A stretch of 64,000 nt of DNA from Takakia lepidozioides. Lineage: Eukaryota > Plantae > Bryophyta. Position numbers and translations under genes: made by a program. Location: positions 67,704,001 through 67,768,000 of the forward strand of contig CM060733.1 in NCBI GenBank assembly GCA_030704615.1, given 5' to 3'. The notes below the pieces were generated by a model, which worked only from the letters and a program-made list of their open reading frames with translations, was not told the DNA's origin and did not search any database. Position 1 is the stretch's first letter. Every line of letters starts with the position of its first letter. This document shows positions 37,529-52,000 of the stretch, piece by piece.

Positions 37529-39892
37529 AATTTTAAATAACTCTTTGTACATTTAAATTTTCTTCCAGAATATATAAAGGTATTTCTTTGCAGTTGAGGT
37601 TCCCTCTCCCATGTGCTTCTAAACGACACCATCTCTGAAACCACGTCCTTCCCAAAACCGAAAATGCGGTGCCGTATTTCCATGTCGGAACGGAAAAACG
37701 GAAATGTGGCAAATGTAAATACATCCTTTTGGAAATGCGGCACCGCATTTCCATAACCGGGATGTCGTGCGCATACACATCGCTACACAACTACATCGCT
37801 GTCCAAAACCACACAACACATGTGCACACCATACACTAGTATACCACTAGTCCAACCACTAGGCTGCCACTAGTCAGTCACTAGGCTACCACCATGCTGC
37901 CCACTATGGCAGTCACTAGTCCACCACAATGATAAAGAAGAAGAATACAAGCACAAGCTCATGCGAGTTCACAAAGCTGAAGCATAAACTCATGCATATA
38001 TAAACCTCGTTATTATGGCCACATGGGCACTGGGTAGAATTCACAGGTGGCCCCGCCTGCGATTTTGGAAAAATGAAAAAAAAAAACACTGATGCAATTT
38101 GACGTTTAGCCTACTAGGTTCCATTGCCAATGAATAAAACCATACTAGTTAGCTTTTTGTCGTTGTTTTGTTCGTCCTACGTAGAGCATTTTATATCTCG
38201 GGCAGCCCGTAAATTTTCTTCACGACACATGGCAAGTTTTCATATGGCCTCGTCCAACTGATGGCTGATGACTGATATTTTAGCAACAACCCCACAACAA
38301 CACTAGTTTGTCCTATGGTTAACTCAGGTGATCTAGTGTTCAAAATGTCCACGCTCCAGCGGAAGGCCGCAGTCATTTGGGATGAAGAGACACTATAATT
38401 TACCCTTCTTCTGGGAGGAGTCTTTTTGTCTTTTTAAATACTTTTTATGACCCCCCTCCCCTTACTCAGCTATTCACAAATCCCGGTCACATGTGGGTAC
38501 AGGCCTCACAAGTGATTCCGCCCTACGCCCAGGTCAGAGTTTGATTGAGGAAGGCCAAATGTTTTGATTATGTTACACAGTATGGGTTATATGAAATCAT
38601 GCTTGAAAAATATGATGAAGTTAGATCAGTGGATATAGGAGGAGTGGAGGTGGGTTGATATTTGGTACTACGAGAGCATGCAGTGATGGGGTTGTGATTG
38701 AATTTCCATAGACAAGCCGTGCAAACTAGATTTATGCTCACATCTAGGAGCCCAGCAGCCGAAAGGTCAAGCTCCCTGTTCATGTCAACTTTGGGGATGA
38801 AAGCCTTTGCATCTCATTTGTCTTATGAGAATCGAGATGATGGGTGGCAGGGGGTGGGCCATTTATTGCCAAGATGCTTAGCCACGTGATCTCTAGCTTA
38901 TGTTAGGGGTCGCTAGTTCATGAGCAACTTTTCTTGGGAGCTAGACTTTGGTGGTGACGATGAGAATGGTGGGATAGTATGGCCTATTCGCGTATACCAG
39001 GTGAGATTTTCTGCTCCATTGTTATTGTTGAGCGGGGTGAGAAGAAGGTATCACAATTTGTCAATTTCGTTTCATTTCTGGAGCATTTGAAGAGTCTGGA
39101 ATGTGGTTGCGATGGAATGAGTCACCACTGAGTTAAGGAATAAGTCCTATGTCTGCAGTCAGCTGTCAATTCGGGTGAGTAGTTGTCGATGCAACAGCCC
39201 TCGCTGCTAAATGCAAAGCTTGCGAGCACAGTGATTTACTGATGTTTGAAGATGCATTATCCAAGATCAGGGGAATTAGTGAAGTCCGGGCAACAGGTTG
39301 TTAAAGGACAGGACCGCCTTGCAATCGCCCTACAAGACTTGGCCAACATTTCAAAAGCATTGGCTGAGACACAGCATCATGGTATTGTGACCAATACAAA
39401 CTCTAACTGCTCCTCAGTTAAGAAGGGGTGGGATTCGGTGGCGGCTGCACGCGCAGTCGTTATTACTGAAAGCACTTACCTAATGGGATGATGAAGGAGC
39501 CACCTCATGCCCTTTGATGATTGTACCACAACGATTGTATGCAAGTGTGGAGTTCTGAATAGTTCTCTTTGCCACTTTTATGAGCTTCATTGAAGGAGTA
39601 GCGAAGATAGCACCCAATACCCACCCTACAGAGACGTCATTGAGCATGCCAAAGTGAGGGGCGTGCCATTTTGGCATTGAGGGGGCGCCAATTTGTTTAC
39701 GAGTACAGTAGGAGATGTGAACGTCTTCAGGTTTATCCCAACTGGCCTTGCTTGAAGTCTCATGCAAACTTTGGAGAGGATGGAGAGTAAGTATTATTCT
39801 CGTAGTTGGCAACCTAATCTTCACCTGACATCATGTTGTTTAGAGAAAGAGAGAGAGATTTAACGAATTGGCATATTTTATGTAATACAGAT

Positions 39893-42800
39893 ATGGCAGC
39901 TGTGATAGACTTAGTCAGCAGTGATGAAGAAGATAACCCTGGAAAGCTGTCAAGGCCACCAGCTGCAAGGCCAGAGGTCCCTCCTTCTCAACTCTTAGGG
40001 TCTTGTTCCATTCCTAGGGCTTCAAAACCTGGCAAGGCAGAGTCCAGCAGGGGACGGAGTCAGAGGACAAAAGGTGCAAAGGATGGTGGTATTTACTGGG
40101 CGGAAGTTAGCTGTTCCTCTCCTCGACTCAGTCCCTCTGTTGAAGGTTGGGAACCTGATGTACAAAAATTAGAGGGGGAGAGGGATGTCGGTTTGGCCTC
40201 ATGTAGCACGAGTGAGCAGGCCAGGAATTCTCCTGGAGTTGAGGCTCATAAATCTGTACAAGGAAATTTTGGGCGGGGTAAAAGTCTCCCACCGTCTATG
40301 GGGTTGTCAACTGGGTCAGAGCCAGACAGCCAAATATGTCGTCATTTTTGGAGGGCAGGTGATTATGAAGCACAACGCACCTCGCGGAGACCTGTGCAAG
40401 GTAGGGTCTGCCAATATGGAATTCTGGTTTGTGTTTGGGAATGACATTGGCAGTCTCTTCAAATTTGTAGCTGGGCTTTCTAGGTCTTCAAACAGTGCAA
40501 ATTACCAAAGAAAGTATGGCACCAAGAAACTAGCATTGTTAAACTTAACACTCTCAAGCTACAATGGCGTACAGTCTGGGTGCGGACCGGCCAAGCTCTG
40601 CTTCATGACATTTAGGGTATTAAGGAATTAAGACTCTCAGAAGCTGTGGATGCGTTATTTTCCAGGCTATGGGGTATTTTGTTAGTAGTTGCCATCATGA
40701 TCTGTGCTAGGTGAGTTATTTCTTGTGTTCAGCACGCTCCTATCACACTTCAATATAAACATATGGCTTGTTTAGACAAGATGTCAGTAGATACCCACTA
40801 AAGATGTTAATACTGTGAAGCAAGTTAACTAGTCATGGTTTACTACACATGGAAGGGGCATTTGCAATGCCAAGGAGTAACAACAGTTGTGCTGTTGTGC
40901 GATTTCTGAAGACGGGTCATGATATTTGGTGTGTGTAATAAGGTTCGTGAGAAGCGTGCTTGCCCATAGTGTATATAGTGAGATGTGGGTGTAGAATGAA
41001 TGCACTTACAGAGAAGGTTCGCAAATGGGCTTGTTACCCTATTCCTTCAGTATCTTTCAAGCTCAAAATCTATGGTTATGGCAGGGGCCATGGACCATGT
41101 GCGCGTCCATCCAAAGTTTTTGCACTCGAATGCCACCTCCCATAAGTGGGCACTTGGAGGTATGCCCTCATATCAAAGCTATTGATCTGTGCATATTTGA
41201 TGGAAGTGATTGGTGGGGGGGGGAGAGCGCTGCATAGAGGATTGATATATGAGAGAGCAACAGAACAGAAATTTACAATGTCCATGGGTGGCCGAAAGTT
41301 ACCCATGCAACACGTAGAACAAGCAGGAAAAGCACCAAAATGTTCCAAATGTCGTATGGAGACAAAATGATTCCCATTACAGTAGAGAGAGAGAAATGAC
41401 ACTTTGCGGTGATACTTTTAGGACAGATTGAAGTGTGGTATTCCAGCACCCTGCCTAAATTGAGAGAATGCATACTCATGAGACATTTGCCGTAGCCTCG
41501 TGGCCATAAAACCCATGCCCAGTTTGGGCAGAACAAGAGGGAAGGGACATTACCGGCTCACTCCAGTATTGGGGCTTACCTTGCTATAAACAATTGGTTT
41601 AGGCTTTCCAGATTTAGAAATCCCTTCACACAAGCATCAATCTGCTGTGTGTGAGCTGCCCAGCAATTAGACCCCAACAGGGCCAGGGCTTTAGGCTGAG
41701 CCTCAAGAAATTGATTCCCTATCCATTTTCTGATACATTGTCTGGGGTATTCTCACACGAGAGAGAGAGAATGTACTCTTAAGACGTTGTTTGCCGCAGC
41801 CTTGTGGCCATTGACCCCGCGCCCAGTTTGAGCGGAACAGAAAGGGACAGAAACTACCTTTGTCAGGGGCTGATGCCGGTAGTATGACTTACCTTGGAAC
41901 AGACATGTGATCCGAGTTTTCCAGATATACTCTAGAAATCCCTTTACACAAGCATCAATCTGCTGTGTGTGATTTGCCCAATAACTAGGCCCCAAAAGGG
42001 CCTGGGCTTTTGGCTCAGCCTCGAGATTTTCAAAGTTGGTAAACAGAGGTACAGGCACAAATCCCTTGATGGATTTGAAGATGTCGTCTCTCTGGTGAGA
42101 GTACCCAGGACAATGAATCAGAAAATGAATATTGTCTTTAGGTTGCCCACACAATGGGCATTTGCAATCCCCCTTTCCTCTCTGCGTCTGTCTGCTGTTC
42201 AAAGGTAGGCTTCCTGCCCTGAGTTGAGGTTTCAGTCTAGTGCCGAGAGTGGGTAAACCCTTTAGGTTATCCTCCCCCATGTCACAGACTGGAAACAAGT
42301 TCAGGGAAGTTTTCTGCCTAACTTCATTTTCATCGGACAATTTCCTGGCAACAGACATGGCTTTGGACACTACAGCCTCTAAGTCAGATTTATCCAGTAG
42401 GGTCAAGACTTGTGGACTTAGATTCAGATCCTTGAGAATCTCTTCTACCCTCTTCCGCCAGGACTTAGCCTGTTTGACAGGGCAATCCTGCTTTGAAGAT
42501 GTCGAGCCGATTAACTTAGGGTATCTTATATTAGTCATATGTTGCAGCCGACCCCACCATCTGTCCTTGAATTCCTCTCGTCGGGAGCTTAAGGGAGGGA
42601 TGCCAAACTCACCCCGAACAGCCACATTAGCTGTTTTGGAGCATGCTGACATGCACTCCTTAAGCACCCCCACTTGAATGGATTCTAGAGACTTAGCCCG
42701 GTTGGAGTTATGAACCCACACTGCAGATGCGTACTCCAAGGCAGGCCTAATAACGCGTCAAAGCATGGTTTTTCTTACTTCAGAGTTGATCCCTCTGCAA

Positions 42801-42996
42801 TGGAAAAATTTAGTGGGACCCAACGCTTTGCGCTTGCCAGATTGAACAACTTTTCGAATATGTGCATCCCAATTACAGTTGGAGGACAACTCAACGCCAA
42901 GGTATGTGTAGGAAAGGAGGACAGGAATCTCTTGGCTTCCCCACTGCCGCTTGAGATCGCCTCCTCCCTCCCCTCGGTCGTTGAACGGTTTCTTAA

Positions 42997-43028
<32 letters not shown>

Positions 43029-46000
43029 TGAAATGAAATGGTGCTGTATAACGAGAGAGAGAGATTGTACTCATAAGACGTTGTTTGCCGTAGCCTTGTG
43101 GCCATTGACCCCGCGCCCAGTTTGAGCGGGAACAAAAGGGACAGAACCTACCTCTGTCAGGGGCTGATGTTGGTAGTAAGACTTACCTCCATATATAGAA
43201 TTAATCCGGGTTTTCCAGATATCCTCTAGAAATCCCTTCACACAAGCTTCAATCTGCTGTGTGTGGTTTGCCCAATAACTAGGCCCCAAAAGGGCCTCGG
43301 CTTTTGGCTCAGCCTCGAGACTTTCAAAGTTGGTAAACAGAGGTACAGGCACAATTCCCTTGATAGATTTGAGGAGAGCGTCTCTCTGGTGAGAGAACCC
43401 TGGACAATGAATCAGAAAATGAATATTCTCTTCAGGTTGCCCACACAACGGGCAATTGCACTCTCCCTTTCCTCTGTGCTTCTGTATGCTGTTCAAAGGT
43501 AGGCTTCCCGCCCTGAGTTTAAATTTCAGTATAGTGCCGAGAGTGGGTAGACCCTTGAGGTCATCCATGATGTCCTCCCCCATGTCACAGACTGGAAACA
43601 AGTTCAGGGAAGTTTCTGCCTAACTTCCTTTTCATCAGAAAGTTTCCTGGCAACAGACATGGCTTTGGACACTACAGCCTCTAAGTCAGATTTATCCAGC
43701 AGGGTCAAGACTTGCGGATTAAGATTCAGATCCTTGAGGATCTCTTCTACTCTCTTCCGCCAGGACTTAGCCTGTTTGACAGGGCGGTCCTGTTTCCAAG
43801 ATATAGAGGCGATTAACTTAGGATATCTGATGTTGGACATATGTTGCAGCTGACCCCACCATCTGACCTTGAATTCATCTCGTCGGGAGCTCAAAGAAGG
43901 GATGCCAAACTCACCCCGAGCAGCCACATTGGCTGTTTTGGAGCATGCTGACATGCACTCCTTAAGCACCCCCACTTGAATGGATTCTAGGGACTTAGCC
44001 TGGTTGGAGGTATCAACCCATATTGCAGATGTGTACTCCAAGGCAGGTCTAATAACACGACAAAGCATGGTTTTCTTGACCTCAGAGTTGATCCCTCTGC
44101 AGTGGAAAAAATTAGTGAGACCCAGCGCTTTGCGTTTGCCAGTTTGAACAACTTTCTGAATAGGTGCATACCAATTACAGTTGGAGGAAAACTCAACACC
44201 AAGGTATGTGTAGGAAGGGAGGACCGAATCTCTTGGCTTCCCCACTGCCACTTGAGATCACCTCCTCCCTCTCCTTGGTTGTTGAATGAAACCACTGCAC
44301 ATTTACTGACATTAGCCTCTAGCCCCAGAGGTCAAAGTATCTCTTCGCGCAATCAATTAACTCCTGGAGTTTGGAAGGAGTCTCCCCTATGCCTGTGAAG
44401 TCATCCGCAAACATAAGGGCTGGTATGGTGGCATCACCCACCCTTACCCCAAATCCCTCGCTTTCCACATCCTCGAGGAGTTGATTGATGAAAACATTGA
44501 AGAGCAGAGGGGAGAGGGTACATCCTTGAGCTACACCTTGGTCTATATCGAAGAAGTTAAGACTTATGTCCATTAATAGTGACACAGCTTTTGGTGTGAG
44601 CATACAAGTTATGGACAACTCTCCAAATCTTTCCCTTGATCCCACATGACCAGAGTCGGAGCCATAGAAAGCAATAGATTGTACTCATAAGACGTTGTTT
44701 GCCGTAGCCTTGTGGCCACTGACCCCGCGCCCAGTTTGAGCGGGAACAAAAGGGACAGAACCTACCTCTGTCAGGGGCTGACGTTGGTAGTGTGACTTAC
44801 CATCATATATAGAATTAATCCGGGTTTTCCAGATATCCTCTAGAAATCCCTTCACACAAGCATCAATCTGCTGTGTGTGATTTGCCCAAAAACTAGGCCT
44901 CAGGAGGGCCTGGGCTTTTGGCTCAGCCTCGAGACTTTCAAAGTTGTTAAACAGGGGTACAGGCACAATTCCCTTGATAGAATTGAAGAGAGCGTCTCTT
45001 TGGTGAGAGAACCCCGGACAGTGTATCAGAAAGTGAATACTGTCTTCAGATTGCCCACACAGCGGGCAATTGCACTCTCCCTTTCCTCTCTGCTTCTGTT
45101 TGCTGTTCAAAGGTAGGCTTCCTGCCCTGAGTTTAAATTTCAGTCTAGTGCCGAGAGTGGGTAGACCCTTGAGGTCATCCAAGATGTCCTCCCCCATGTC
45201 ACAGACTGGAAACAAGTTCAGGGAAGTTTTCTGCCTAACTTCATTTTCATCAGACAATCTCATGGCAACAGACATGGCTGAGGACACTACAGTCTCTAAG
45301 TCAGATTTATCCAGCAGGGTCAAGACTTGCGGATCCAGGTCCAGGTCCTTGAGAATCTCTTCTACTCTCTTCTGCCAGGACTTAGCCTGTTTGACAGGGC
45401 GGTCCTGTTTCCAAGATATAGAGTCGATTAACTTAGGATATCTGGTGTTGGGCATATGTTGCAGCTGACCCCACCATCTGACCTTGAATTCATCTCGTCG
45501 GGAGCTTAAGGACGGAATGCCAAACTCACCCCGAACAGCCACATTGGCTGTTTTGGAGCATGCTGACATACACTCCTTAAGCACCCCCACTTGAATGGAT
45601 TCTAGAGACTTAGCCTGGTTGGAGTTATCAACCCATATAGCAGATCCGTACTCCAAGGCAGGTCTAATAACGCGACAAAGCATGGTTTTCTTAGCCTCAG
45701 AGTGGACCCCTCTGCAGTGGAAAAATTTAGTGAGCCCCAGAGCTTTGCCCTTGCCAGTTTGAACAACTTTCCGGATATGTGCATCCCAATTACAATTGGA
45801 GGAGAACTCCACGCCCAGCTAAGTGTAGGAAGGGAGGACCGGGATCTCTTGGCTACCCCACTGCCATTTAAGATCACTTCCTCCCTCTCCTCTGTCGTTG
45901 AATGCTACCACTGCACATTTGCTGACATTAGCCTCTAGCCCCCAAAGATCAAAGTATCTCATCGCGCAATCAATCAACTTTTGGAGATTGGTTGGAGTCT

Positions 46001-49000
46001 CCCCTATGCCTGCGAAGTCATCCGCAAACATAAGGGCTGGTATGGTGGTATCACCCACCCTTAACCCAAATCCCTCACTTTCCACATCCTCGAGGAGTTG
46101 ATTGATGAAAACATTGAAGAGCAGAGGGGAGAGAGTACATCCTTGAGCTACACCTTGGTCTATGTCAAAGAAGTTGGACTTCTGTCCGTTAACAGTGACA
46201 CAGCTTTTGGTGTGAGCATACAAGTTGTGGACAACTCTCCACATCTTTCCCTTGATCCCACAAGACCAGAGGCGGAACCATAGGCCATCTCTCCACACTG
46301 TGTCATAAGCCTTTTTGACATCCAGGAAAAAAACATAAGTGGGTTTCCCTTCTTTTTTCCTTCCCTGGATAATCTGGCTTAGAGTGAAGATATGATCCAC
46401 ACAGCCCCTGTTTCGCCGAAAGCCAGCTTGGCCTTCGTGGAAACAACCTCTAGACTCCAGATCAACCTCGAGACGAGTACTTATAACTCTGCAGAATGTC
46501 TTGCCAACAGCATTGAGGAGCGTGATGCCACGGTAGTTCCCCGGTTCTTCTCTGTCACCCTTCTTGTATAGATTGACAATGACCCCCTGTCGCCAGCGAA
46601 AGGGGATCATTTCAGTCTTCCAGATAAGGTTAAAGAGGAGAACTAGGAAGCAATAGAAAGCAACTGCAAGAAAAGATTGCAACTTCCTGCTCGTGGCCCT
46701 TTGTACTCCATAACCCTTCTTGTATCCAGCTCTCCGATCCTTGCTGCTCATAAGGATATGGCTGCGTATATCTGCGGCCAGCAGAGCATTCAAGGAGAAA
46801 TTGAGTATCAAGCTTACCTTGCCCGACAGCCCCACATGGCTAAACTCAACCTTCGCCGCTATTTCTTTAACTTTCAGTGTTTTCCAGATAGGGTTAGTAC
46901 TAACCCTACTTAATGTACCATCCACAGTGTACAACTGTTTTCATATTTCGACGTACCATATCTAATAGACCTACATATGCATTGAAGTTACCCAATTAGG
47001 CCACCTGGCCTTTGGCGAGGAACTTAGCACAGTCCGGCTTTACATCTTCGAAGGCTTTATCTGCGTCAGCACTAAGGGTCCCCTCTGTGGGCATGTAAAC
47101 ATAACCCACAAAGAGGTCCTTACTACTCACGCCGCCCTTCAATTTCAGTTTGAGCCAGATACTGTGCTCATACCGCAAATCCTTGTTGATAATTTCGCAA
47201 TTGTCAGAAGAAATCTCAGACAAAGAAGCCAACACCTTTTTGACCACGCCAGGCCACCTTAAGTGCACACATCTTACCAAACCACCTAAAACCATTGGCA
47301 TCTCCAACCAGTTCGTCCAAAGTTCCATGTCTCTTGCCCTGCACAGATATGAATACCATTTGCCTGAAGAACTTGTCCCACTCCAAATTGTTTCCTTTGA
47401 ACTTAGTCAGCCCTAAGAAGTTGAAAGTGCCCAGCCGCAAGCCAGCCTTTGGCATATGGATTGTTTGCCATCTAGGTAGCCTATGATTGCTCCTGGACGA
47501 CTGCAAAGGGGGATCAATTACCCCGTGTGTAGATTTTGATCGTCTTGTGTAAACTTTGAGGATTGGCAAACCATTCAGAGTACCATATCCTTGAGTCACA
47601 CAACGCTCAGATTCGGCATACATAGGGCCAGCTAGCCTGTCTGGCTGCTTGGTATCAACCTCATCCAGGGCTTCAAACGGGTTAGAAATTTTCAAGTTGA
47701 AGTCTCCACCCTTGGCTGTCTTCCTAGAGTGCCTCATTGATCACCAATGTCTAAGACTGCTCTCCGGCCAGTCAAGGGATGAACTTCTTTGAAATTGATT
47801 CGATGTGAGACTCTTATTTGTAGCATTTTTAGACATTGAAACCTTCAAAGTACCTCTATTATCAGTCTCGAGATAGCCAGGGAGTGTTGTTATCGGCTTG
47901 GCATATGAAATTGATTGTTTTTGCAGGCTGTAAGTTTAAGCACAAGGACCAACCCTAGCCCAAGTGCCGAGCATGCTAGACAGCGTATGCAACTGCCCAT
48001 TTGGGGCGGAGGGGCTGCCCCCAAGGGATAGGGGTCCGCTTGTTACCATTCAGAGATCACCACTCTGAAGGAGCTGCAGGGAATGGCCCACATAGACATA
48101 TTCTAAAGAGGGAGAGGCCCCAAACTCTCCAACTAAGTCCAATGTACTACCTTACCCAAAGCATAGTGCTTCAGGTCAAAACAAACAAAGACACGAGGTC
48201 ACAAGGCCGGCTTTTAGTTACAGAGACCTTTATCTACTCCCATATCAAGTCCACCCAATGGCTGTAGGCTTCCTAGCGGGCAGGGAGAAAATAAGAGAGA
48301 CACAGAGAGACAGGGAGAGAGGGCAGGGGAATTAACAGTGGGTCACTCCTGTTGGCTTGGTTGGCCAGCTATTGCGGAGTTGCTGGACAATTCTTTGGAT
48401 GAGGTAAGCTCAGCTAGATGTTCTCTTACCTGCATTTTGCTTCTGTTAGCTGGTGTTACATGGGGCTTAGGCTCAAATGAGAAATTGTCCTTTTGTATCA
48501 TTGCAGTGATCACTGTTGTAGAAATTGGTTGAGTGTTTCAGGTTGAAAATGGAGCAACATATGTAAAGGTGGATAAGATAGTGAATCCACGTGATGGCAA
48601 CCCTGCCCTTCTTGTTCAAGGTTTGTTGAGAGCTTACGCTATATCCTGTTTCGAAACTGAGTTGTTCAATAGTCAACCGTTGAAAGGCACAAGTGTCTAC
48701 CAAAATAAGCTGAACTGTTGGGGCTTTACTATTTGTGTGATTTGGTATGAAAGGGCTATTGTTGCCCTTTGCAAAAATGAGAATCTGAAGCTTCCCATGA
48801 CTGGCCATGGGGCTGTTGCTGTGTTCTCTGGCCTAGAGGAACAAGCCTGCTAGTGAATCCACTAGAATGAGGAATTGTAGTAGTGATTCTACAGTGGCTG
48901 AAAGTTGGGCTCAGTTGCAACATCGGTTGATTATGACCATCATGTGCTTCGGTTGGCAACACCAAGGTTTTCTTTCACCAGTACTGCTAATTCTGGATCT

Positions 49001-52000
49001 ATCACGGTTGTCGAGGGTAGTTCTTTCAGGCCCTTTGGTGAAACTGTCAATTGATGGGCCCTGTGCTCGTCAGCATCCATGCCATTAAGGCCCTTCCTAA
49101 GGGAATATTATCCACCTGGAATATGAACAGTTTACTGAAAAGACTGCAGCATTTTGTAGAGCTGCAAATGTCTTTTACTTTCATTCTATGTTTCTAAGTT
49201 TTTTGGAAAGATAATGAAGTTAAACAGTGGCCGCTGCAGATGATGGGGGGGGGATGGGGCCGGAGAATATTCGACAGTGCATGAGCTTGGGCTACTCTCG
49301 CAAGAACACCAACACCACCATTGGCCAATGTACAGTGGCTCCCTTGTTTGTCCCTACCGAATCTTCCATGAGCTTAAAGGACCAATCTTATCTTCAGCAA
49401 GAGTTGACGTCTCTCTGGAAATTTATCCTCTACTTTTGGTTTTATTCTTCTCTCCATTTGTTGAGTAGTTAATGCCAAATGCCAACCTGCAAAAAGCTTC
49501 ATGAATGATGCAACTTCTCTACGATCAATATTGTGAAGAACATCAATATTGTGATATTGGAACGGTTGGTGGGTTCCAGATGGTAATGGTTTCAAGACCA
49601 GTACAATGCGATTGGGTGCAGATGTTGTTGTCTTCACTCGGAGCTCTACTGGCAGGTATGGTTGTTGCTTTACCCAACAGACTTGGATGACCCTTATACG
49701 TGTCCCTCCCTCTAAAGCAAGCATGCCGAGGCTTCTCTAGCTTTGCTATCAAAAGTTACATTGACAGTGCTGCCACTGCTATTGTGCATCAGGACTATGA
49801 CACAAAGTATCGGGCTATTGTCCTACACATTTTTACGAAAGACTGGACAGGAGGACATTGTGGTCCCCATGGTGAGTTTTCCCTCAATCTTGAAAAAGGA
49901 TTCTCCTTTTTGTGGTGTTCCTTAAAGTTTCTCTTAGAAGTGCTCTTCAAGATTAACTGGCAGGCTGATCCCTTAGAATATAGCAAGATATGCGCTTTTG
50001 CGTGTCCCACATGATACCAAGCAATGACTGAGCAAAATTGTCACTTTCATCAGACCTGTTTCAAGTCATGTGAACAGGTGAAGATTTTAGGAACAAGCAG
50101 TTGATTAGCATAAATAGCCAATTATCTATACAGCATGGTTTATCCGGAAATATTTGTTTGTAGTCTTTATTATCAATCCCATTTTATGAAATATTAGATG
50201 GATGCTGGAATCCTGATAACAGTCACAATGGACCTGGTTTTGTTTTTGAGCTAAGTTTCTGCTAACAAGCATCACAGGTGGACTATGAGCTTGCACCCAA
50301 TCAGAGAGAGCCAAAGGTGTTGGTGCGTACAAATATGGAGGACTGGCTCAGCAATCTGGCCGGTATATTGCGGTGGTCTCCATATGGGACCGAGCTTGAG
50401 CTTTTGCAACAGGTCAGTCTGGATGGTGAAAGATCTGGTCAAATTGTCTGATTGGATATATGGGTCCACCAAGGTTTGATGCACTCACAGCATGCCTGAA
50501 AAGTGCCGGTTAGTTGAATTTTAATTCCTTCGAACATTCTTTTTGGAGTAAGGATTATTCGGTGCATTGAGAACGCATACTGATGGGCATGTTTGTGTTG
50601 TGGATGCTTTTCAGTTCAACGATGTAGGGTGGCACGGGACAAAGGTGGTGGTGTACAACCTGTGGCTCAATGATGATGGCATCCTGGAACTCGACTTTGA
50701 CTCTGACAACCATGTATGCCACACAAACATGGATTCCCAGTAGTTTCTGTATTTGGAGGTTCAAGGAGTGCTTGCTAGAGATCCTGTATGCTAGATAAAA
50801 TGTGGAAGTCGTATTACCTGCAAAAAACTGCTTGGTAGGTAACTTAGGCCACATCTCATCCTTCTATAATTACCATAAAGACACCCATCAATGTGACATC
50901 CCATACTACTAGGAAGCTGCGATTTTCCCTGAACTTGAACCGATTGTGTCATGAGTTTATTTCATTTGATTGAATATAGTTGTTGAGAAATTGTGTGAGA
51001 GTTCGACTTAGAAAACTGCATTTGTTGGGAAGAAGGAGAAAGGAACGTTGTAATGTCCAGGAAGCTCAAAGACCTTATGGAAGAAAATAGATAACAAAAC
51101 AGAAAAGTGGAGACAGTCCAAGTTACAGTTCAGAGGCATTGGTTTCGTTACTTAGAATGGGTGCATTTTTGGTGCGAGTTCCAGGACATTCAACTGCGTG
51201 TGGGAGCTAAAGAGAAACCCACCAAGCAAACCAATGTGCCAGCACAGCTTGCACAGAACCACGTCGCCAACCGCTACCGCCTTTCTTTGAGAGTATGTCT
51301 TGCATTCCGTATGGCCAAACCTAGTTTTACGCTTTTTAAATGTTATGGTGACTTTTAAGATGGAAAGGTATGATGCAGTCTGTAAGAGGAAAAGATTTAA
51401 ATTTGGTCTTTGGTGTGTTTGTGGTCAGGTGTATGCATCAATACTTTATCTGCAGTTGCCACAAGACTTCCAAATTATATTGCGGGGACTCCCCGTGGAT
51501 CACCACAGCATATCCTCAGATCTCAAGTTCACACAGTACATTGTGTATAAGCCTCAGATTGGCACTAGCAGCAAGGACTCAGTTAGCAAGGAGGTCATGC
51601 CTTACTGTTTTGATTGCTCCTTTGCTTCCTCAGGGCGCGTTATTGTAATAGGAGCTTCACTTTCATGTGATACCAACATCCTAGTTTTCACTGGATTGCT
51701 GTTTTTCCCTTGGGCAAGTAAATGGCTGATAGAATCCTTTTGATGACTTCCTTCGGTGAATCAGAACAGAATCCAGGGCATGAAAAAACACTAAAAATGT
51801 GTCTGAAACGTTACGAGTTTCCCTTCCAGTTTGCTGCGCTCTCCTTATTCTTCGGTGACACTGAGAAGTCCTCATTATTTAAAGTAAAGAGCCAAGAAAC
51901 CTATCCAGCAGCACAATAGTGACAAGTACGACTGTGAAAGACAATAGAGTAGATCACTGCTAGTCTGATATGGTAGTAGAGGTGGCTGTGTTTGAAAGAA

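Noticed and set aside
45819-46934. RT ORF with a novel N-terminus
   Set aside because: Homology with the 57-60 kb copy stops at ~46645; upstream residues come from a deletion junction read out of frame
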